Source: Patescibacteria group bacterium
GTDB taxonomy: Bacteria; Patescibacteriota; WWE3; UBA101185; UBA10185
DNA: 64,000 nucleotides
Assembly (NCBI GenBank): GCA_042571515.1
Contig: JBHPHX010000001.1
Location: 9,508-73,507, forward strand
Reading direction: 5' to 3'
Shown here: piece after piece, positions 7,562 to 15,288 of the stretch
How positions within the stretch are numbered: the first letter of the stretch is position 1
How the letters are laid out: the number at the start of each line of letters is the position of its first letter
Translations under genes and position numbers: made by a program
Notes under the pieces: model-generated
Seen by the model: the letters and a program-made list of their open reading frames with translations, nothing else
Told to the model about the DNA's origin: nothing
Databases searched by the model: none

Positions 7562-10080
7562 TTTATATTATTCTCCTTATTTTTTCGTCTATTTTCAAGG
7601 GCAATAGCCATCCCCTTATCAAAATCCGTTTCAATCCACTTGGCAATCTTGCCCTCAACATACTCTCTGTCCACACCATACTTATCCCTGCTAAGTTGCT
7701 TCACTTTTTCCACATTATCTGTTTTTGGCACAATAGCTTCTTCTTCAACCCATGGCAGTAAAATCTTTCCTGAGAAAGGCAAAGACGTCATACCATTAAT
7801 CATCATCTTTATATATATCTCAAACCTTCTAAGGGAAATAATGTCCTCATCATCAAAGTAAGGGGCAAATTCACTGGCCAGAGCACGCGCGTCCGGAGCT
7901 CCCAAGCTAAAGGCGGCAATGGTTCCAACGTTCCCGTAAACTGCTTTAAGGAGCTGTTCTGGAAGCTGGGCAGTAAACTGGTGGGTTAGATACAATCCCA
8001 ACTTATACTTTCTAGACTCGGATAATATTTCTTCAAAGGATCCTGTAGCAAAGTTTTGAAACTCGTCTACATACAAGTAGAAAGGGCTTCTGTCGTTGTG
8101 GGGGATATGAGCACGTTGGAGCGCGTAAAACTGGATTCTTGAGACTAAAAGTGCTCCCAACAGGTTAGCATTATCCTGGCCGATTTTACCTTTTGAAAGG
8201 TTTATTAATAGTATTTTTTTGTTATTCATGGCATCCCAAATATCTAGTGTTGATCTCCCCTGCCCTAAAACATTTCTTATTGTGCTTGAAGCTAAAAACC
8301 TATTTACCTTGTTTTGAATAGGGGCGATCGCCTCCGTTACTAATCTTTGGTTTCCTTTAAACTCCTTGTACTCCTTTTCCCAAAACCTCTTCACAACTGG
8401 GTCTTTAACATGGTGTAAAATAAACTTCTGGTAATTGGGGTCCTCTAAAAGTCTTGTTATACCAAGCATTGTGGTACCAGGAACATCTAGCAAGGTTAGA
8501 ATAGAATAGTTAAGTAAATATTCAAGTCTTGGTCCCCAGGAGAAGTCAAAGTGCTGTTTAATAGCCGCTACAAGACCTGATGCAAGGAGGTTTTTTTGAG
8601 AAGGGTCGTCAATTTGCATCAAATTTATTCCTAAAGGTTTCTCTGTATCTGAGGGGTCTACATAAATAACATCATCCACTCTATTGTCTGGAATTGTCTG
8701 CAAAACCGACTCAATTGTCTCTCCATGAGGATCTAACATCCCTACCCCATACCCCTTAGCAATATCTTGGGAAATCATGGAGCTAAATAGTGTTGACTTA
8801 CCCGTACCAGACTTTCCAATAACGTACATGTGACGAATCCTATCATCGCCTTCAGAAAGCCCAAATTTCACCTTTTTACTTCTAAAAACTGTCTCACCAA
8901 TATATACACAATCATCCTTTGGTAGGTTTGATGGGGGCTCTGTCTTACGCGAATATACCCAAGAAATATTTGGAGTGTCTATAGCACCCGAAGGTAGATG
9001 AAACACACTAGCAAGCTCTTCGGTATTTAATATAAAGGAATTATCTGGTTCAAAAAGTCGACTTTTAAACTTTTCCAGGTATGAATTTTTGTTAACAGCC
9101 ACGTTTGTAGCAAAGGTATTTAAACCAGTAACGGAAAATTGCTGAAGGGAGGCTGTAACTAAACGCAACTTTTCCTCTGCTTTCTGTATATTAGGAGCAG
9201 CAGATAAAATACGAATTTCTACCTCGTAGCCCATTTTTGCTAATTTATCTTCCACAGAACTGATTTGAAGCTCCTGTTGTTGAGTGAGTTTGATAATTTC
9301 TGGTTTTTTGATAGGTACCTCTATCTTATTTGGGTCATGGGATTTAAATAACCCTGTGGCTACCCCAGCTGCTATTCCAATGGCCTGTCCGGCCGCTCCT
9401 TTAATAAGATTGTCTTTAAAAGATGGGCCACCTTCTATATATGTTCCTTCTCTAACTTGCTCTACATAGCCATGTCCTGGACCCTGCCATGTGTCCCCAA
9501 CGGGCCTAAATAGGTATTGTAGGGCAATTGTCTCGTCCGCCCCTGCTTGGGAAAGAACGGTTGTTGTGGCAGACATGGGGTCAACTTCAAAATCCCTAAA
9601 AGACTTGATGGGGAAAAAGTCCTCCTTGGTAGTTTTCAGAGTGGCAATCTCAAAGGCCTGGTCGGAAAAATCCAACTTAGCAGCATAATCTTCAATAACA
9701 TTAATTTGAGATTTGGGGTACTGTGCGTACACTTGCCCCTCCACAAATTTAACCATCTCTCTAGGGACAACAATCATAAACCTTAATCCCTTTTCACTAT
9801 CAGAAACCATCTCAAGGGAGAAGTATTCTTGCATATGTTTGTCTTCTCTTAATAACCCATGTAGAGAGGCAAACAGTTGTTCGGCAGCCAATGCAGAAAT
9901 TTTAAAATCAGTCTCTTCGTCACCGCTTCTGAGGATCTTTATTTCCAATATCTCTACTCCTGATGGGCCTAGTGTGGGCTGACTTGCAACAGAAAAGAAG
10001 CGCCTGACAGCAATAAAAATAAGAAACGCGCCTCCTATTACTAATAAAATTGTATATAAAACTCCCATAAAACACGTCAC
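7558..10080 (-). CDS. Membrane-anchored P-loop NTPase, HerA/VirB4/TraG-like (DUF87-type), 840 aa
   Basis: N-terminal TM (VLYTILLVIGGAFLIFIAV). Walker A VIGKSGTGKSTL followed by LDPHGE. Walker B LYVDEFQNF, then SESRKYKLGLYLTHQ (Arg-finger/sensor-like). Confidence 0.7.
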   Translation of the reverse strand: MTCFMGVLYTILLVIGGAFLIFIAVRRFFSVASQPTLGPSGVEILEIKILRSGDEETDFKISALAAEQLFASLHGLLREDKHMQEYFSLEMVSDSEKGLRFMIVVPREMVKFVEGQVYAQYPKSQINVIEDYAAKLDFSDQAFEIATLKTTKEDFFPIKSFRDFEVDPMSATTTVLSQAGADETIALQYLFRPVGDTWQGPGHGYVEQVREGTYIEGGPSFKDNLIKGAAGQAIGIAAGVATGLFKSHDPNKIEVPIKKPEIIKLTQQQELQISSVEDKLAKMGYEVEIRILSAAPNIQKAEEKLRLVTASLQQFSVTGLNTFATNVAVNKNSYLEKFKSRLFEPDNSFILNTEELASVFHLPSGAIDTPNISWVYSRKTEPPSNLPKDDCVYIGETVFRSKKVKFGLSEGDDRIRHMYVIGKSGTGKSTLFSSMISQDIAKGYGVGMLDPHGETIESVLQTIPDNRVDDVIYVDPSDTEKPLGINLMQIDDPSQKNLLASGLVAAIKQHFDFSWGPRLEYLLNYSILTLLDVPGTTMLGITRLLEDPNYQKFILHHVKDPVVKRFWEKEYKEFKGNQRLVTEAIAPIQNKVNRFLASSTIRNVLGQGRSTLDIWDAMNNKKILLINLSKGKIGQDNANLLGALLVSRIQFYALQRAHIPHNDRSPFYLYVDEFQNFATGSFEEILSESRKYKLGLYLTHQFTAQLPEQLLKAVYGNVGTIAAFSLGAPDARALASEFAPYFDDEDIISLRRFEIYIKMMINGMTSLPFSGKILLPWVEEEAIVPKTDNVEKVKQLSRDKYGVDREYVEGKIAKWIETDFDKGMAIALENRRKNKENNIK

Positions 10081-10139
10081 ACCCGCCCTTATTAGGAGCG
10101 GGTGTTTAGAAAGGAGAGAGACAACGTAGGGTAATTATC

Positions 10140-11168
10140 TTATATCGAATTTGCAAAGTCAAGGCCAATAAGCACTGTGATGTCTGATCGTACAATTTCG
10201 GAATCTGTAAACGAGGTTGCTTCCTCAATAGATAAAACTTGGGAAATGTTAAAAAATTCTTGCATAAACTGTGCCGTATGGGACTCCGGGTTATTGGTTA
10301 TTAATATACTTTTATCTAATCTACTAGCAGAATTGTCAACCGCTACTACCCTACCCCCCATATTTCGTAGAAGACGCGCACCAACATTAGCCACGCCAGA
10401 GGTGTCTGTGGCATTTAGTACCGCAATGCTCTTATTCTCATTTGATATTTCCAGACTAAATGTCAAATCCTGTAGTTCTTCGTCAAGCAAGTTAGGCCTT
10501 TGGTAATAAGTTTCACCCAACTCCACTCTTAGTGTTCTATCATCAGGCAGGGATTGGGAAAATTTATATAGTTCGAAAATTTCCACTAACTTGAAGTTTG
10601 TTTTCAAAGTAGAATTCAGGGCAGTAAAGTTTATATCCTTACCCAAAAAGTCTAACTCTCCATCTAACAGATCTTCAAAAATATACCTTTTGTTTGCCTG
10701 TACAAAAACATACCTATCTACGGGAAATCCAAAAAACTTACTAATAGAACTGTTGGCCAAATCAAAACAGTCCTCGGGTGTGTTTTTGGCGCTTAGGCCA
10801 CAGAGAGCCAACATGTTGGAAAGGGGTTCAACCCCATAAACTCCGGGCATATCGAGCTCATAAAAGGGAGAGATCTCGTAGTTAACAATTTTAGAATTTT
10901 CCACGTCTACAAGTACAAAATTTATTCTTTTTATAAGCTGGGTTTCATTTTCAAAATCATCTACTGTGACAAAAGCAACGGAATACAAGGATTCATTTAA
11001 TGGCGTGATGCTGCTGGAGGAAAAGGCCGCTGAATAGCCTCTGGTTAGATTTTTGTAAATGAAAAATCCACCCAAAAATAAACTACTTATGACAAAAGCA
11101 GAAAACGCGTAAAGTACGCGTTTTATCTTCTTTTGTATAGCTTTTTTTCGGGCAGACTTCCTGGGCAT
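10140..11168 (-). CDS. Membrane protein with a C-terminal LytR_C (LytR cell-envelope-related C-terminal) domain
   Basis: N-terminal TM after a basic stretch. C-terminus IAVLNATDTSGVANVGARLLRNMGGRVVAV matches the LytR_C pattern. Confidence 0.55.
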   Translation of the reverse strand: MPRKSARKKAIQKKIKRVLYAFSAFVISSLFLGGFFIYKNLTRGYSAAFSSSSITPLNESLYSVAFVTVDDFENETQLIKRINFVLVDVENSKIVNYEISPFYELDMPGVYGVEPLSNMLALCGLSAKNTPEDCFDLANSSISKFFGFPVDRYVFVQANKRYIFEDLLDGELDFLGKDINFTALNSTLKTNFKLVEIFELYKFSQSLPDDRTLRVELGETYYQRPNLLDEELQDLTFSLEISNENKSIAVLNATDTSGVANVGARLLRNMGGRVVAVDNSASRLDKSILITNNPESHTAQFMQEFFNISQVLSIEEATSFTDSEIVRSDITVLIGLDFANSI

Positions 11169-11275
11169 GTATTTACATATTATATGTTAAGTCAGTCATT
11201 TTCAAGGTTTTGGGTATTTTTTGGTATAATAGCAATAACCATAATAATTCTAATCTCACATAAAAGGAGGAAGAG

Positions 11276-11515
11276 ATGTCAGAAAAAGACGAGACAATAA
11301 AGTGTAGATGTGAGTCGGACGCAACTGGCGAGTGTGTAGACTGCGGCATCCCTATATGTAGCTTCCACTCATTCAGTAAGAAAGTACCAATGCACTCGAC
11401 TTCAGACTGGTGTCCTATATGCATTGGCGCAACAGACAACGAAACGTACATGAATAGTTTTTGGGTGGAACCAAATAAAAAGAAGAAATTGGAGAGAGAA
11501 ACCCAGTTGGAATAA
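11276..11515 (+). CDS. Small Cys-rich (zinc-binding) protein, 79 aa
   Basis: Strong SD AAAAGGAGG. Cys pattern CxC...CxxC...CxxC. Confidence 0.5.
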   Translation: MSEKDETIKCRCESDATGECVDCGIPICSFHSFSKKVPMHSTSDWCPICIGATDNETYMNSFWVEPNKKKKLERETQLE

Positions 11516-11525
11516 ACAGAGGCCC

Positions 11526-12251
11526 CTATAACTCAGAAAATTCTTTGGGTATGGGGGCTTCAAAATTTACAGGCTCTTTTTTGTCAGGATGAACGAAGGA
11601 AATAGCCTTAGAATGCAACATTAGTCTATCGAAAATACCGCTCAACTGAGCCATATTATTAGATGTTGAGTAAATTTTATCTCCAACTATAGGAAATTTG
11701 AGTGCTGCTAGGTGAACTCTAATCTGATGTGTCCTCCCCGTCTCTGGATAAACCCTTAAAAGTGTAAATTTCTCGCCTTCTTTTTCAAAATTTTTCTCTA
11801 GCTCAATGTTTGTTACAGCCTCCCTACCACTCGGATCAATACCCATTTTTAATCTGTTTTTAGGGCTTCTTTTTATAGGAGCTTCCACTCTAACCTTAGC
11901 ATCTGTAAACTCCCCTATTACTACAGCTAGGTATTCCTTTTTTACTTCTCTATTTTGAAATTGTTTTTTTATATGATTAAAGGCTTCCTCTGTTTTTGTA
12001 CCTATTATTACCCCTGATGTATCCTTATCCAAACGATGAACAATACCTGACCTTTGTGCAAACTCGGACTCGCCCAAAAAAGTCTTAGGATACTTTTCCT
12101 CTATAAAATCCTGGAGTGTATCCTTTGGCGAGGTTTCAGATCTATTTACAACCACACCTTGAGGCTTATCAATGATGATGAGGAAATCATCCTCAAACAT
12201 AATCTGTTTGCACAACCAGGTCTGAGGCTTGTTCTTTTTTATTAGAGACAT
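11526..12251 (-). CDS. RluA-family RNA pseudouridine synthase
   Basis: Catalytic motif HRLDKDTSGVII (HRLDxxTSG). Confidence 0.85.
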   Translation of the reverse strand: MSLIKKNKPQTWLCKQIMFEDDFLIIIDKPQGVVVNRSETSPKDTLQDFIEEKYPKTFLGESEFAQRSGIVHRLDKDTSGVIIGTKTEEAFNHIKKQFQNREVKKEYLAVVIGEFTDAKVRVEAPIKRSPKNRLKMGIDPSGREAVTNIELEKNFEKEGEKFTLLRVYPETGRTHQIRVHLAALKFPIVGDKIYSTSNNMAQLSGIFDRLMLHSKAISFVHPDKKEPVNFEAPIPKEFSEL

Positions 12252-12606
12252 ACTTTTTGACTGTTAGTAAAACGTCTTCTGGTTTAATATCGGACTTCAC
12301 TAAAAAATCCTTTGCACCTAGTTCCATACACGTTTTTTTCACGTTTTCATCGCCCAGATTACTAACTACAACCACCGGCTTTAATTTCAAATCCTCGCGC
12401 CCCTTTATTTTGCGGAGTAGTTCTATGCCATCCATAGTAGGAAGCATTATATCCAACAATAATAAGTCCCAATCTTTTTCTTGAGCAACTCTCCACCCGC
12501 TCATGCCCTCCGCTACCTCTATAACCTCAAATTTATCTTCCCTCAAAACCTCCGCGTACATGGCACGGATATTTGTTTCGTCTTCAATTAGCAATATTTT
12601 TTTCAT
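12193..12606 (-). CDS. Stand-alone response-regulator receiver domain (CheY-like)
   Basis: MKKILLIEDE...DLLLLDIMLPTMDGIELLRKIK...KPVVVVSN. Acidic pocket and phospho-acceptor Asp context. Confidence 0.8.
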   Translation of the reverse strand: MKKILLIEDETNIRAMYAEVLREDKFEVIEVAEGMSGWRVAQEKDWDLLLLDIMLPTMDGIELLRKIKGREDLKLKPVVVVSNLGDENVKKTCMELGAKDFLVKSDIKPEDVLLTVKKYVSNKKEQASDLVVQTDYV

Positions 12607-12892
12607 TTATTAAACCTATGGCTACAGCAATCAGGCCACAACTAATCACAACATCAAATACATTAAAGTACAATATTTCCAAAAAGGCTATGTTATCTAA
12701 AACGCACCCTGTCGAAAAGAACTGATAAAAATTTCCAACACCTCCAAGCAAAACTAGCACCGCACCAACTTTGGAGACTATTCTTTCCTGAGTATACAGG
12801 ACATAAAATGTAAAGAAAACAACCAGTGCAACAACAAAGGGCAAAGAAGGGGGGTTGCAATTAAACTGCTGAGTCATGCCTAGAAGCTTCAT
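12584..12892 (-). CDS. LspA (signal peptidase II)-like membrane protein, N-terminally truncated and divergent
   Basis: LLGGVGNFYQFFSTGCVLDNIAF and FNVFDVVISCGLIAVAIG resemble the LspA TM3/TM4 regions (GNLFDR and FNLAD). Catalytic Asp residues are not conserved. The N-terminal ~60 residues are absent and the ORF overlaps an upstream gene. Confidence 0.3.
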   Translation of the reverse strand: MKLLGMTQQFNCNPPSLPFVVALVVFFTFYVLYTQERIVSKVGAVLVLLGGVGNFYQFFSTGCVLDNIAFLEILYFNVFDVVISCGLIAVAIGLINEKNIAN

Positions 12893-13859
12893 ATGTGGTG
12901 GTGGCTTCGGGATATGCTTCCAGACGTGCTTTGTCGATTGGCTCGCCTGTAATTTCACACGTTCCATATTCCCCATTGTCCATTCTTTTTAAGGCTTTAC
13001 CAATTTGCTTTTTCATTTCCAATATGTTGGCTTTCTGGACCTCTAATTCTACCTTAGCCCTATCTTCCAAAAGAGCTTCGTCCATTGCTTCTGCGTTACC
13101 AACGTCCCTTCCCTCCTGCAAATAGGGGTCTTCTTGCTCTATCTCAATTAACTCCTCTTCTAATCTCTTCTTCTTTTGCATTAATTTTTCTTTTTGGGAA
13201 TCTAAAAAGGTTTTGTCTAGCATATTTTTCCTTGTTTTTAAAGTAAATTTAAACCCTAGCTTGTATCTTTTGTACAAGACTAGTGAAACAATTGTAAGTG
13301 CAAAAATATAAAATATCAAATGAAATCTTATGGGGCTGATTGACAGTAAAAACAACGCTGATAGTGCAAAAGTTAATCCCGAGGGAATTCTTATACGCAC
13401 GTTATGGGCTATTATAAAATAGAAACCTACGCCAATGGCCCTGTAGATTTGGCCTAAATCCTGATATATTAACCCAAATCCCAATAGAGTTAGAGAAATT
13501 GAAATTAAAACAACAAATGAAAATATGTCCAGCAGTCTATATATAGACCAGTGCCAAAACTTAGATGCAAATACAATTGATACCAGTAAAAGTCCTAGGA
13601 AGGAATATACGCAAAAGGAAATATAACGAACGTCTGAGTATCTGTGATAAAAACGACTGAAATACGCTGCTAGAGAAATCATTGCGATCCAAACGAACAG
13701 GTTTATAAAAAAGAGGTCAAATATTCTTTCTAGATCAAACCCATCCCCTCTTCCTTCGAACCAACAAATAAACAAGGATAGTAAAAATCCCAAAAATATA
13801 AATAAATACACTGTGTGGAAGGTGAATGTTTTGATTGTAATTAGTTCTGTTATCTGCAT
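12861..13859 (-). CDS. Fusion protein: polytopic membrane domain (~210 aa) with a C-terminal DksA/TraR-like domain
   Basis: Single ORF without a stop. C-terminal LQEGRDVGNAEAMDEALLEDRAKVELEVQKANILEMKKQIGKALKRMDNGEYGTCEITGEPIDKARLEAYPEATTTYE resembles DksA/TraR (coiled coil plus a C4-type zinc-finger region with degenerate cysteines). Confidence 0.5.
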   Translation of the reverse strand: MQITELITIKTFTFHTVYLFIFLGFLLSLFICWFEGRGDGFDLERIFDLFFINLFVWIAMISLAAYFSRFYHRYSDVRYISFCVYSFLGLLLVSIVFASKFWHWSIYRLLDIFSFVVLISISLTLLGFGLIYQDLGQIYRAIGVGFYFIIAHNVRIRIPSGLTFALSALFLLSISPIRFHLIFYIFALTIVSLVLYKRYKLGFKFTLKTRKNMLDKTFLDSQKEKLMQKKKRLEEELIEIEQEDPYLQEGRDVGNAEAMDEALLEDRAKVELEVQKANILEMKKQIGKALKRMDNGEYGTCEITGEPIDKARLEAYPEATTTYEASRHDSAV

Positions 13860-14405
13860 TTAGGCTTTAGATACGTATTCCCCACTTTTGGTGTTTATTT
13901 TGATTTTATCTCCCACCTTTATAAAAGTAGGGACTTTAATTTGAGCACCTGTGTCTATTGTAGCGTCTTTCATTACGTTTGACACTGTGTTGCCCTTGTA
14001 CCCTGGGGTAGTATTTATCACCTTAAAAATCAGGGTGTTTGGAAGCTCAATAAGCATTGGCTTTCCTTCGAAGTACAAGGCCAGTACAGATGCGCCTTCT
14101 GCCAGAAATTTTGACTCTTTTCCAATTTTGATTGGAAGCTGCTCATATGTTTTAGGGTCCATAAAGATGTATTTACCATCGTCTTTATAGAGATACTGGA
14201 CGTTTTTTCTAAAAACATCTGCGTCTTCTACTTTGGCACTACTTTGATATCTTTTTTCAGAGATTTGTCCGGATAGTAAGTTGCGGGCTTTAATTTTGAT
14301 TGTGGCACCGCCTCTAGCAGTTTTGGTATGCTCATATTTTTCCACTACAAAGGGATTACCACCTTCCTTAAATATCGTTCCTGTTTTGAGGCTACTCGCA
14401 AGCAT
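13860..14405 (-). CDS. efp: Elongation factor P
   Basis: Full-length similarity to EF-P: KTGTIFKEGGNPFVVEKYEHTKTARGGATIKIKARNL. Confidence 0.9.
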   Translation of the reverse strand: MLASSLKTGTIFKEGGNPFVVEKYEHTKTARGGATIKIKARNLLSGQISEKRYQSSAKVEDADVFRKNVQYLYKDDGKYIFMDPKTYEQLPIKIGKESKFLAEGASVLALYFEGKPMLIELPNTLIFKVINTTPGYKGNTVSNVMKDATIDTGAQIKVPTFIKVGDKIKINTKSGEYVSKA

Positions 14406-14445
14406 GAGGGGATTATATCAGATGTGTTAAAATATCGGGGTATTG

Positions 14446-14533
14446 GCCGTGGTGGCGGAATGGCATACGCGGTGGTCTCAAAAACCACTGGGCTAACAAG
14501 CCCGTGTGGGTTCGACTCCCACCCACGGCACCA
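14446..14533 (+). tRNA. tRNA-Leu(CAA), long variable arm, CCA encoded
   Basis: Hand-folded. Acceptor GCCGTGG/CCACGGC. Anticodon stem GTGGT/ACCAC with loop CTCAAAA. Variable arm GGGCTAACAAGCCC. T-arm GTGGGTTCGACTCCCAC. Confidence 0.8.
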
Positions 14534-14539
14534 ATAAAG

Positions 14540-14566
14540 AATATTGCCTTTAGGCAATATTTTTTG
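14540..14566 (+). terminator. Rho-independent terminator (AATATTGCC-TTTA-GGCAATATT followed by TTTTTG)
   Basis: Perfect 9-bp stem followed by a T-run immediately after tRNA-Leu. Confidence 0.6.
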
Positions 14567-14665
14567 TTGATGTTGTGGTTAGGGGTTGGGCCGCTTGTAC
14601 TCAAGCAGGTTCATACTTTACGAGCGTAGCGAGGAAAGGTAGCGATCCTGAGCTTGCCGAAGGAG

Positions 14666-14731
14666 CGCGTTCTCCCACCCACGGCACCAATTAGAAACGC
14701 AGTTTCGCGTTCTCCCACCCACGGCATCAAT
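14666..14731 (+). repeat. Two tandem direct repeats (CGCGTTCTCCCACCCACGGCA[C/T]CAAT, 14666-14691 and 14706-14731) duplicating the 3' end of tRNA-Leu (14516-14536)
   Basis: Read directly. Three copies of TCCCACCCACGGCAYCAAT within 215 bp, each followed by an A-rich stretch. Confidence 0.8.
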
Positions 14732-14742
14732 AAGAAATAAAG

Positions 14743-14783
14743 AAAAAAACGGTAGTCTTGGACAAACGTACCGTTTTTCTTTG
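14743..14783. terminator. Bidirectional terminator hairpin (AACGGTA...TACCGTT flanked by A-run and T-run)
   Basis: A8-stem-T5 arrangement between the plus-strand tRNA region and the minus-strand gene ending at 14805. Confidence 0.5.
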
Positions 14784-14804
14784 ATATACAACAATTACTC
14801 CTTT

Positions 14805-15005
14805 TCAGTCCCTGATCTTAAAACCGAGCTCTTCAAAACCTGGACTATTAAAAAAGGTCGGGCAGAGTTGCATTTCTCTATATTCTTCCTCGCTTGAAAT
14901 CCTCCAACCTTCTGGGACAGTTAGTTTTTCCACGTGCTCTTCTAGAACTAACACTCCCCAATGATCCTCCCGATCCGAAACGTAGTACACCCATTTAAAA
15001 TCCAT
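14805..15005 (-). CDS. Small protein, paralog A of a tandem pair (66 aa)
   Basis: Shares the pattern W.YY...D..GV.VL.......L.VPE.WR.SS...EFEELGFKI with the adjacent ORF 15018..15233. Confidence 0.5.
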   Translation of the reverse strand: MDFKWVYYVSDREDHWGVLVLEEHVEKLTVPEGWRISSEEEYREMQLCPTFFNSPGFEELGFKIRD

Positions 15006-15017
15006 ATTTATCTCCTT

Positions 15018-15233
15018 TCAACCTTTAATTATCTTGAAACCGAGTTCTTCAAACTCTGGTTCATCAGAATAGACAATCCTGAGTTTCTTTTCTATATGCT
15101 CTTTCCAGCTTGATACTCTCCAGTCCTCGGGCACAAATAGGTTTTCTACATCCTTTCTTAGAACTGTCACTCCCAAACAATCACCTTTATACCGAATATA
15201 GTACGCCCATACGAATCCCGTATTAGCTTCCAT
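15018..15233 (-). CDS. Small protein, paralog B of a tandem pair (71 aa)
   Basis: Paralog of 14805..15005; identical C-terminal EFEELGFKI. Confidence 0.5.
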   Translation of the reverse strand: MEANTGFVWAYYIRYKGDCLGVTVLRKDVENLFVPEDWRVSSWKEHIEKKLRIVYSDEPEFEELGFKIIKG

Positions 15234-15288
15234 ATTAGCTCCTTTTTGATTTCAATTAGAATATATCTTTACGGGTATTGTAGCATAT

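Noticed and set aside
1151-11168. Contiguous integrative conjugative element or prophage spanning recombinase to ATPase
   Set aside because: Conserved core genes (ruvC-yebC) interrupt the region. No flanking direct repeats or phage structural genes were found. The ATPase module is treated as a separate chromosomal locus.
13860-14405. EF-P modification type inferred from the KTARGGA loop
   Set aside because: An Arg at the loop position hints at an EarP-type or unmodified EF-P, but the alignment register cannot be fixed by eye and no earP or epmA genes are in the window.
14345-14604. Track ORFs 14345..14557(-), 14413..14604(-) and 14328..14537(+)
   Set aside because: They overlap the clearly folded tRNA-Leu gene and its terminator and contain the att-like repeats. 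They are spurious reading frames across RNA sequence.
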